A DNA stretch of 63,929 nucleotides, filler included, from Circinaria calcarea (Eukaryota), in assembly GCA_051942165.1 (NCBI GenBank). It is 7 parts of 7 records of this genome, joined end to end, with 100 filler letters (N's around TTAATTAATTAA, not from the genome) between each part and the next. Parts side by side here need not be neighbours in the genome. Positions count along the whole stretch, not along the records: positions 9,160 to 18,216 come from JAVECS010000995.1; positions 18,317 to 27,364 come from JAVECS010000996.1; 5 more parts are not named here. One strand, given 5' to 3'. A program made the position numbers and the translations under genes. Positions 12,939-23,534 of the stretch are shown here, piece after piece (the stretch's first letter is position 1; the number at the start of each line of letters is the position of its first letter). A model generated the notes under the pieces. It was not told where the DNA came from. It searched no databases and saw only the letters and a list, made by a program, of their open reading frames with translations.

Positions 12939-15900
12939 ATGGCAGTCCTTGTCAGTTCCACAGCATCAAAAGCTGTGGGCTTGGTTGAGGATGTCAAGTT
13001 CGAGATGTCCGCCTTTGAGCCACGGCTTCATGCATCGACTTTGCAGGGACTCACAAATGAACTCAAGCAGGCCTCTATTGGGCAAGAATTCGTGTCCTCT
13101 TTGCCCCAACACAGTACAAAGCGGGAATCAGATGATTTGGAGAAAGATGATCAGGAAAAGGAGGATCCGGAGTCTTTAACGGACTCTGATAGTGGGGACG
13201 ATGTTGCTCTACGACCGCCGCACATTACGGAAAGAAGACGTGCTCAAAACGCAAAGTTCTCAGCATGGTAAGCCAGCCTTTGCCTTCTCAATACACAACA
13301 AATGGCTCAAAGATCCCTAGGCTATCAACTCGAGTGGAGAAAGTTACAAAGGAGGAAGTGAAAGCAGCAATCCAGAATGCCGATGACGAGGTCCTATCTA
13401 TACGCAACCTTATGGCCAAGCAGGAATCTCAAGTCATCATAACTGATCCCCGAGAATACCAAATCGAGCTCTTCGAAAGGGCTAAAAAGGAAAACATCAT
13501 CGCTGTATTAGATACCGGTCGGTCATGAATCTCGTGCATACTTCGCTCTATCAATACCATAGCTGATGGGGATATAGGATCTGGGAAAACACTCATCGCC
13601 GTACTATTGCTAAAGCATATCCTCGACAAAGAGCTTGAAGACCGTGCACTTGGGAAGCCACCACGCATCGCATTTTTCCTTGTTGGGGCAGATCTCATCG
13701 GTATATAGAGACACTTGTACTGACAGTCTCCTAGGTTGACTGCGTGACTTTGGTGTTTCAGCAGTTTGCTGTGCTAGAGTGCAACCTTGACCAGAAGATC
13801 GATCGATTCTGTGGAGAGATGAATTGTGATTTCTGGGGTAAGGCGATATGGGATAAGCATTTCAAAGAAAATATGGCAATCGTCTGCACAGCGGAGATAC
13901 TATACCAATGCCTCATGCACTCATTCGTCACCATGGCTCAGATAAATCTCCTTATCTTTGACGAGGCTCACCACGCCAAAAAGAATCATTCATATGCCAG
14001 GTAGGTATTGCCATGTGTAGATAATTCAGGTAGCTAAGATACAACAGAATCATCAAAGATTTCTATCTTGCAGAGCTTGATCCAACAAAGCGGCCCAAGG
14101 TTTTTGGAATGACAGCATCCCCTGTTGATGCCAAGGTCGATGTCGTACAAGCAGCCAAGTATGCTCAATGCATCCGCTTCTCCTTCGAAATGCTAAAGTG
14201 GTTTATAGGGGGTTGGAGACACTGCTTCATTGTCAGATTGCGACAACAGCAGATCTTTCACTTTTACAAAGGTCGATAAGTCGACCAAACGAGCGCATTG
14301 CCGACTACGATCCACTCCCTGCCCCATATACGACACCATTGTGCGCACAACTGAAGAGTAGATATGGGAATATGGAACCTCTTTCTCGACTGATACACTT
14401 TGCAACGGCCGCGACGTCAGAGCTCGGCGAATGGTGTGCTGATCACATATTCTCCTTGGCTTTGGCTGAGGAGGAAGCCAACAAGGTGGAGGTGAAGATC
14501 GAGAGAACTTTCAACGCTGAGAAAGAAGGGCAGCCTATTGAAGTTCTGGACTCTGAGATAAGACGTATCCGTGAAGCCAAAGAATTCATCAAGGAACATG
14601 ACTTCCCTCCCCCGAATCTTTCTGGTAACAGCCTTAGTTCTAAAGTGCGGCGTCTGCAGGGGTACCTCAATGATGTCTTTGAGAGACCTACGGATGCAAA
14701 GTGCATAGTCTTTGTCAAGCAGCGTTTGACTGCCAGACTGCTAGGGGAACTCTTCAAACGTATTGGGAGTCGTCATTTACGCCTGGGAATCCTAATTGGG
14801 ACAAGAGCAGGCGAAGCTGGAGACCACAAGGTAACATTCCGTCAACAAGTAGTCACTCTTATGAAATTCCGAAAGGGTGAATTGAATTGTCTGGTAAGAT
14901 TCACACCCAAGTGAAGTATCGCAATGAATTAATTCAAATAGTTTGCTACATCCATTGCAGAGGAAGGACTTGATATTCCTGACTGCAATACCATCATAAG
15001 GTATTACATTTCCCTAGAGATTAGAACCTGTTGTAACAAGTGTCTGAAAGGTTTGACCTGTATGAGACTTTGATTCAGTACATCCAGAGCAGAGGTCGTG
15101 CACGTCATAAGAACTCAGGGGTGAAGGCTTCCAAGCAGTACATGGAAGATACTGTGCTGACCCTCTTAGTATCTGCATATGATAGAACGTGGAAACCGAC
15201 GACATCTGGAAAGTATCAAAGAAGTCCGCGATGGCGAGGTGAGTTCTTATTATTATTGAACTGATCTTGTCGCTCATATCTAACAGCAAGTGATGCGGAA
15301 ATTCTGTGAATCTCTGCCCGCTGACCGCTTATTACAAGGCAACGACTGTAGTCTTGAAGACGCTCTATCAACGGAACGATTCCACCGTACTTACACAGAA
15401 CCAAGTACAGGTGCAAAATTGACCTACAACTCAAGTCTCACTGTGGTTGCACATTTTGTTGGCTGTCTGGTAGGTCACGCTTCTCAGAGTATATTCATCA
15501 AAGCTAAGTCCAGGGCAGCCTCACGATAACGAGACCATACTACAAGCAACGTATATCTTGACAGTCGAAAATAAGCAATACATTTGTGAACTTCTCCTCC
15601 CAGAAAATTCACCAATACGCTCTGTCTCGGGACGTCCATCTTCGCGGAAATCCACTGCCAAGCGGTCAGCTGCTTTCGAAGCTTGCCTTCTTCTAAGACA
15701 GCGTGGGTATCTAGATGGGCATCTGCTACCAACCTACCATAAACGGCTACCAGCCATGAGGAATGCGCATTTGGCATTGAATATGAAGAAAACAAATGCT
15801 TATACCATGCGTGTTAAACCTAGCATATGGGAGGAAACACGGGGCTCGCTACCGGACACGTTGTACTTGACTCTTCTTATTCTAGCAAGTCCGGAAAATA

Positions 15901-18216
15901 TGAGCAGGCCCTATCAGCCTCTGGCTCTACTAACTAGGACTCCTCTTCCTGAAATCCCACGATTCCCCTTACACCTGCAGCCTGGGAAGAGCTCCGAGGT
16001 ACTCTGCGTTCCCATCAGACAGCATCTTATGGTTTCAGTCTCTACACTAGAGAAGCTTACCAGTTTCACCCTACGTGTGTACAAAGATGTCTTCAATAAG
16101 GTGTATGAAGTAAATCAGCCACAGATGTCCTACTGGCTTGCGCCTGTCACGAAGCAGCGACCCAAAAATCTCCAAGACGTCACGGCTACTTCTTTGATTG
16201 ACTGGTCTATTGTTGAACTCGTTCACGAGAAGGATGAGATCCCATGGAGCTTCAAGACGCCGCATGAGGATTTGGCAAATCGCTACTTGATTGATAGATG
16301 GGATGGTGGGCGACGTTTCTTTTCTGTTGGGGTTGTTCCCGAGCTTCGACCACATGATCCAGTACCTGAGGGATGCCCTTCTCATAAGTATATGGACAAC
16401 ATCATCAGTTACACTGTGAGCCTGTTCTCCAAGTCGAGGGCTAGAGCTAAGTGGCTTCCCAATCAGCCAGTTCTACTGGCTCACCGGGTTCTACATCGCC
16501 GCAATTTACTCGATGACTTTGATAACGGCGAGACCGAGGTACCGACTCGAAGTTATGTGTGCCCAGAGCCTCTAAAATTTTCAGCAGTCTGTGTTATCCG
16601 TCTAATTCTAGATTTGCCCTTTGTGCTAATCAGTGTACAGCTCCCGAGCACCATTGCCGCAACATGTTATCTGTTTCCCGCCATCATCTGGCGTATCGAA
16701 GCCCATCTAATAGCTCTAGAAGCTTGTGATCTGTTACAATTGCAGATAAAACCCCAGCTCGCTCTGGAGGCCTTCACGAAGGATTCGGACAATACGGATG
16801 AGCACAGGAGTGAGCAGATCCATGTACAGCGTGGGATGGGTAAAAACTACGAAAGACTGGAATTTATTGGTGACTGCTTTCTTAAAATGGCTACCTCTAT
16901 ATCTCTCTATGCCAGAAATCCTGTGGACGACGAATTTGAATCCCACGTGAAGCGCATGCTTATGATCTGCAACAAGAACCTGTTTGGTACCGCTCTGAAG
17001 CTGAAATTGTATGAATATATCCGTAGTCAGAGTTTTAGCAGGTTGGTTTACACGTCTATAGAGGTTGACTATCGCTAATCTTTGGCAGGCGTACTTGGTA
17101 TCCCGAGGGAATCAAATTACTTGAAGGCAAAGGGCACAAAAAGCTTGGATCCGAAGTGATCAAGCACCAACTGAACGACAAGACCATCGCCGATGTCTGC
17201 GAAGCGTTGATCGGAGCTGCTTTGTTATCCTACAGAGATACCGGAAACATGGATATGGCCGTCAAGGCGGTCACTGCACTAGCCTCCAACCCGGACCATG
17301 ATGTTGCAAGCTGGGCGGGTTACTACGAGATGTACGAGAAGCCAGCTTATCAGATATCCGGGTGTTCAGCTGCACAGCTTGACCTTGCCGTAAAAGTGGA
17401 AAAGGAGCATGACTACCATTTCAAACATCCTAGGTTGCTTCGCTCGGCTTTCATTCATCCATCTTATCCCTTTGCATGGGAGAGGATACCATGTTACCAG
17501 CGACTCGAGTTCTTGGGCGATGCCCTCCTGGACATGGCCTGCGTCAATTACCTGTTCTACCGCTACCCCGATCGAGATCCGCAATGGTTAACAGAACATA
17601 AAGTATGGACGGTGACTTGTATTTGCGAGATAATTTTCTAATTGCAGACTTCTAGATGGCATTGGTCTCCAACAAATTCCTGGGTGCCCTATGCGTCAAG
17701 CTCGGCTTTCATCGTCATCTTCGGATCAACAGCCCCTCGGCAATGTACCATATCCAAGAATACGTAGCCGAAATCACCGAGGCTGAACGGGATTCCAATG
17801 GCATCCGAGACTATTGGACAATGACGAAGAATCCCCCAAAGGTGCCTACCTATTTCAATACTACTGAAGGCCTTGCTAACTCGTCGTGCAGTGCCTACCT
17901 GACATCGTCGAAGCATACCTAGGTGCCGTATTTGTCGATTCTGAATTCAACTATCAAGAGGTAGAGCGTTTCTTCCATAGCCACATCCGGTGGTTCTTCG
18001 AAGATATGAGCATCTACGATACCTTTGCGAATGCCCACCCCACGGCAGGTCATCTTCTCGTGCGCTGACTGGAATGAAGACTAATAGTGATGTAGACGCA
18101 CCTCAGCAATCTCCTCACCTTGAGCTTTGGCTGCACAAACTATCGCCTGATGTCTGGACCGCAGCCGTCGTTTGATGGGTCCGCCGCCCGTGTCGTTGCC
18201 GTGGTCATGGTGCATA
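12939..18216 (+). CDS. DCL1: Dicer-like protein 1, multi-exon; 3' end cut by the contig end
   Basis: DExD/H helicase ([33 protein letters not shown]), helicase C ([21 protein letters not shown]), Dicer dimerisation domain (KRSAAFEAC) and two RNase III domains ([26 protein letters not shown]). The PAZ-like region supports the DCL1 clade. Confidence 0.95.
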
Positions 18217-18316
18217 NNNNNNNNNNNNNNNNNNNNNNNNNNNNNNNNNNNNNNNNNNNNTTAATTAATTAANNNNNNNNNNNNNNNNNNNNNNNNNNNN
18301 NNNNNNNNNNNNNNNN
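18217..18316. other. Artificial contig linker
   Basis: N44-TTAATTAATTAA-N44. Confidence 0.99.
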
Positions 18317-18547
18317 GAGGTAAGGAGATGAAAGGGAAAGGGGGGGGGGATATGAGTCTCGGTAGAGAGGGAACAGAATAACCCAGTACACAGTACACAG
18401 TACACAGGCCACCGCACCCCGAACCATGAGTCTTTGAGAAAAAAGGTTTTGGAAAAAAAATAAATGACATTGTTGGGTTTTTTCTCTTAAATAGCAAGTT
18501 GAACAAAAATATGCGCCGACTAAAACCCCCCCCCCACACAACAATCA

Positions 18548-19849
18548 TCACCCCGAATACAGCATGCCATTGATTCGAATCAGGGAATCAAAGTTGCCCT
18601 GGTAGAACTTCTCCAGACACGATTTCCCGCCCCACTTCCCAAGTCCCAGTTCCCACGACCAGCCCCCTAGCAAGCCCAGCGCCACCGCATCCGTCGTAGT
18701 ATTTTTGCCCGCCAACATGTCCTTGTGGACATTTCGTGCGCTTTGGCGATTTTTCGGGCGAGGCCAGTCTTCCGCCCGGATGCCCGAAATCTCGTCAATG
18801 TGCATCAGCTCATGCAGCAAGACGTACGCCGTTGTTATTTCCCCGGGTGGGCCTTGGCACGGTATGGTGATATCCGGGAGAGCCAGGGCAGCCGGGCACA
18901 GCACAACTCGCGGGATCCAGCTTGGGTGGCCACCGGGGATCATCATTGTATAGCCCAATAGCGCCCCGGAATCGCAATTTTTTAGCGAGTCGATGCAAGT
19001 CCCTATCACAGGTGGACCCTGACCCTGCGCTGTTTGTGCTATTTTCGACATGGCTTGACCGACCTTGTTGGAGGCTTCGATAGTTGCCGGCATGAAGTAG
19101 TTGAATGGAAGCTTTTGAAAGTTGGTAGCGGCATTTTGGGCCGCAACGGCGAGGTATCCGGAATGTAAAATGGCGTTTGAGAAGTTTTGGCTCTGCGCGG
19201 GTTTGCAGTCGCGGTCATCCATACGTACTTTCATTCCATTAAATTGCGGGCTCTGACGTCTTCCAAGAACTGCGGGGCTTTTTCGGTTGGCTACCGTTAC
19301 CTGGAGAGGGTTTGAACGAAGAGGTATGTACGAAAGGTTGGCTGTTGAGACATCAGCCACTCGTGCCTGTGAACCCGAGATATGTCCCAGAGTATCAGGA
19401 TGGATCTTGTGGTAGCCGTCACGATCTACCCGACCTTGAGCAGTCGGAGGCAAGGATATAATAATAGGCCTGGAAGATTGCGCATGAGCTGAGCCGTCGT
19501 CTAACAGGTACTCTGTCATGTTTATAACGCGGGTGAAGTTACTGCCTGGTGCCAGATCGAGAAGGTCGTCTTTGCTGATTCCGTTGTACATGCCATGACT
19601 TGCGATCATGGGGACTCGGTTCCCATTTCCATCTGTGACGGTGCACGGTATTGATAGATGGGAGGTATCGAAGACTGTATTATGCTTGAGGAGAGCGATA
19701 TGTCGAGATCCTTGGTTAGTAACGACTACCCTGATTAGCTCTGGGCTCTCTATGGACTGTGATATAATGCCCGCTAGGTCTGCTATGGATAGTGGCAGAA
19801 AGAGACCGATGACAGTTGCTATGTGTAAGAGGGGATAGCTGAGCAGCAT
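18548..19849 (-). CDS. Secreted zinc metalloprotease, M35 (deuterolysin/aspzincin)-like
   Basis: Signal peptide, a deuterolysin-like pro-region (VTNQGSRHIALLKHNTVFD; LAPGSNFTRVINMTEY), an LGRR processing site, Cys pairs, and HELMH followed by a downstream Asp (RAEDW). Confidence 0.8.
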   Translation of the reverse strand: MLLSYPLLHIATVIGLFLPLSIADLAGIISQSIESPELIRVVVTNQGSRHIALLKHNTVFDTSHLSIPCTVTDGNGNRVPMIASHGMYNGISKDDLLDLAPGSNFTRVINMTEYLLDDGSAHAQSSRPIIISLPPTAQGRVDRDGYHKIHPDTLGHISGSQARVADVSTANLSYIPLRSNPLQVTVANRKSPAVLGRRQSPQFNGMKVRMDDRDCKPAQSQNFSNAILHSGYLAVAAQNAATNFQKLPFNYFMPATIEASNKVGQAMSKIAQTAQGQGPPVIGTCIDSLKNCDSGALLGYTMMIPGGHPSWIPRVVLCPAALALPDITIPCQGPPGEITTAYVLLHELMHIDEISGIRAEDWPRPKNRQSARNVHKDMLAGKNTTTDAVALGLLGGWSWELGLGKWGGKSCLEKFYQGNFDSLIRINGMLYSG

Positions 19850-20547
19850 TGTAGTCGAGAGATTCTGACCAACGAGGTTGATGAGACTTGATCCGAGAGC
19901 TTTTGGTGCAGTAGTAAAAGCTGGGCGGATTGACTGACTTCATTGTATCGGTGAGAACTACGGCAGAGAGATATAGAACTCGGACTGTGGGAAACTTGGT
20001 GCATTCAGTGTTCCATTGTCTTGCGGGTGAATGTTTGGGGGGGGCCAAAGCGCATTGGATGAGTTTGGAAAGCCTTGATTAGCAAAGGCTATGGTAAGTA
20101 TTCCGTGTACACAAACAATCGTTTACAAGAGCGCATACGCATAGCACATGAAACGGGTGCAGGGACAAGAGACACCTTCTCCGATTCTCCTAAGATCTTA
20201 CATGTATCAACAGCAAAGCAGAGACGGACGTCGCTACATCTCTCGCGCTGAAATGGCACACTGAGGATCCTGCTAGGCAGAATGAAGCTAGTCGTCGGGC
20301 AAACTTCGAGCCCTACTCCCCTTATCAGATCTGGACATCATCGCCACATGGGTTGACGAGTGCTTCATTCACATACTCTACGGGCTAGAGCATAATCATG
20401 CCTTTGGTAACAATGTAGAGTGAAGATTTCCTTATTGTTACTATCGAGACCGAAGCACGTTTGGAACAGAACGCGTATCGCGTAAGTTTTGGTTTTCTTC
20501 ATCCCATAGATCTTTCCTCCTCCTTTCCTCCTCCTCTCTTCCATCTC

Positions 20548-22735
20548 TCATCCTTGCCACCGAACCTTTCCACCCTTCCGGAGCGCTACCATGCCCATCG
20601 GCAAAAGTCCCTTCTTCACAACCGCCAAAGCCCCAAACTTCGCCCTCATTTTTTCCGCATACAACGCTACAATCCCCTTCCAATAAGGCGTCATCTCGGC
20701 CGTATTTTTCCGGATGACTTCTAAGCCCTTGCCAGGAAGTTTGCCAATCAACCCTTTGACAGGCAATGTAATCTCGACATCTTGTTCGGAAACCCGCTTG
20801 AAAAGAAACCCCCAAGCTTCGCGGAACGCCAAGCTTCGCTCCCATCGGAACCGAATATACTCATCCCAGGGCTTGAAGTCACGAGGGACGTCGTTTGGAA
20901 GGTGTGCGACTATCTGCCAGTCACGGCCAGTGATGGCGGTTTGCTCCCATTTTTCCTTGGCGCGACGGTAGGCTGCTTCATCCTCTTCCTCGGCTTGCTC
21001 GATTCGCTTCATGGAATCATCCTAGATTTCGAGTAAGTGTTCCCGATCTGGGTCTTCTTCGACGACGGGCTCTTGAATTGCTTGGAGGGAAACGAAAGGA
21101 TTGCGGAGCTCGAGGACTCCCACCACCGTGGGGAAATAGACAAAGCCATCCGGGATATCCTGGACGTTGAATTTGTTCCTAATCATGATCTTGATCACTT
21201 CGGCCACGTCGTCTCCTTCACTCTGAGGAAAGAGCTCCCGGTGGATCTTCCCAAGGGTTTCTAGGCAGTCGTTTACATGGGCACGTCCGAAGCAATTAGC
21301 TGGTTGGCAGAAGTTATTGATGAAGAATTAGTTGTATGAATTGTATGCTTGGATCCATGCGAAAGTGGATTTGGTAGCGTCAAGCTGGCGGCGAAACTCT
21401 TTAATATGAACATCGTTCTGGCTCTGATCAATAACTAAGCGCCCCGTGGTAGTCTCCAGAGCAAGAAAGTTCCACTTAATAGGCGTCTGAGGTAGTATAG
21501 ACGGAAGGGTTGGCGTAGCTGATTGCTTGTTTATGGTAATCTGGGCAGCCCCAGTCTTTTCTCTATTGAGATCCAAGCCAAAAGTAGAAGCGAAAGTATT
21601 CATGGTCTCCCAAGCATCAACGCAAGTTGCTGAAGAGCCCCAGAACCAAAAACCATCGTGCAGACGGTATAACAAACCACTTGGTAGACCGATTGACAGA
21701 ATAGTCAAGGCAGAAAAGCATGACCTCTCCAAAAACATCACTCAGCGCATGCGACATGGGTACACCGCGCTTCCGTAGTCGAACAGGACCGCCAGGGCCA
21801 TCATGAAGGAATTTATGAGGGGCTTCGAGAAGTTTCTTGAAAAACTCAATCCATACCTCTGAAATACTGAAAAACTTGAAATCAGACTGTATGATGGTAA
21901 GTCATCCCTGGGGATGGTTCGCCATAAGAGAATGTGTTGACTGAAGATGCAGCAAAGACTGTTTAATGCTAACTGAGCTTTCTTTAGTCCTTCTGGGTTC
22001 TGTCGTGTCTGTAACTGAGGACTCATCATCTTCACCATATTCCCGAACCCCTTCCTCCTCCTCATCTGGTAGTTGTGAGAGGAAGTAAGGATTTTTAAAC
22101 TTCGAACGGCGTTCATGCTCGATACCAAAGGTTTTGGAGGTCTCGCCCAAGAAGTAGCTACGGCGGTCGCGATCCGACTTTGTCATTTCTGTCTGCCGCT
22201 CCCATGCAGGACTATCGAAGAACTCAGAAAATAGCTTCTTGAACAGCACGGCCCACTTGATACCGGTGAAGTGGAGGAAAAGGGCTTGGGACACATTCTC
22301 ACGCATGTAAACCCGATACTTTCCATTCAATTTTGCGCCTCATTTCCAAGGGAATGAATTCTGTACCCCAAGTCCGTGTTTCAATTGATGCAAGGCGCAC
22401 GTTCAGGACATCCGCCATTTCGGACAGGTAGGTAGGATTTCTTGCAATCTCTTTTAGAGCTTTAGATTGCTCATCTGACAACAGATCGGTCTTGAGCAGG
22501 TCAGCAACGCACCACTTCATGACGACCTTGTCAAACTGATGTGATTGTATGAGTTTTCTACCAAAGTCTTTGACCTCTGTCCGGAGAATTTTCAATCTTC
22601 TTTGGGCATCTTTAGAATCAAAGGCTCCCTCTAGGTTGGAACGCAATGCAGCTTCATCGACAATGAAAGGCTTGAAGACATAGGACTCCCAGTCTCTACG
22701 CTGTTCATGAAGCTGATCCAAACAAAGGACATCAT
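20548..22735 (-). pseudogene. rvt: rvt (cellular reverse transcriptase-related gene) pseudogene, 5'-truncated
   Basis: Stitched frames give HEQRRDWESYVF, LSEMADVLNVRL, MRRK/LNGKYRVYM..QALFLHFTGIKW, QSDFK, LEAP.KF, RGVPMSHALSDVFGE, LYRLHDGFWFWG, GLDLNREKTG, WIQAYNSY, FCQPANCFGRAHV, LELRNPF and C-terminal GKVRWQG, as recalled for fungal RVT proteins. It has three in-frame stops and two frameshifts. Confidence 0.88.
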
Positions 22736-23534
22736 CGAATGGACCAAAGGCAAGGCTCTGATTTCAACGGGTAGCCCCTTTCCCCCTCGGTCAAATACGA
22801 TGGGAATGAGTACAAAGTTGGTAAGCCACCGCCCAGGAACGATGTGACGGACATGTCGACTTACTGACTCCTCGCTAGCTGAGGGTAATAACTCTACATG
22901 CGAAATAAAACATTATAACATAGCTGACTGTACTTTGCAATTCTTTCGCGCGAACTGAAAGCTTGGCAGGTCTGATGATTGGGAAGGAAAGGGGTTCAGT
23001 TATGATCATTCTTCATAATTTCCTAGACAAGGTAGTTACGAGCTGGTTAGCTAAGGAGACCTCGTAGCGGAAGGAAAAGTCCACCAATGACCCCAAGGAA
23101 CTTTAAATGATGCGATTGAGAAACCCGCTACTGTCTCCGCTTCGCCTTTTGCGTAATTGAGACTAAAGACGTGGGATATGGTCGAATTACCTACCGTTGA
23201 CGAAAAAAAGCGGGAAGGCGGTTTGATCCTTAATTTCCCCCTTTGTACTGTTAATCTACTCGGGGCGGGGAAGCCTGGGCGTCCTTAGCGCGCTTTGCCG
23301 ATCTGTTGATAACTGTCAGAGCGGTGAATCCAATCCGCTCTCTTTGCTCTCCGAGGCATCAACACAGGGACTCCACGATTTACTTCGTCTGGCTTCATCC
23401 ACAATACGTTGCTCTTCAGCTCCCATTCCATCCCTCACCATTGCCACTGTAGCTTCCTCACCGTTGGCACCGACCAAGATCTATAGATAATCGGAGATGT
23501 ATCGCTTTAGCCTGGAGTCAACATTCCTTTGACC

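Noticed and set aside
12939..22735. Dicer plus reverse transcriptase as a linked RNAi/RT defence system
   Set aside because: They lie on different contigs separated by the artificial linker at 18217-18316, so the adjacency comes from length sorting.
20548..22735. LINE or LTR retrotransposon
   Set aside because: No gag, endonuclease, RNase H, integrase, LTR or poly(A) tail is visible, and the motifs fit the rvt family.
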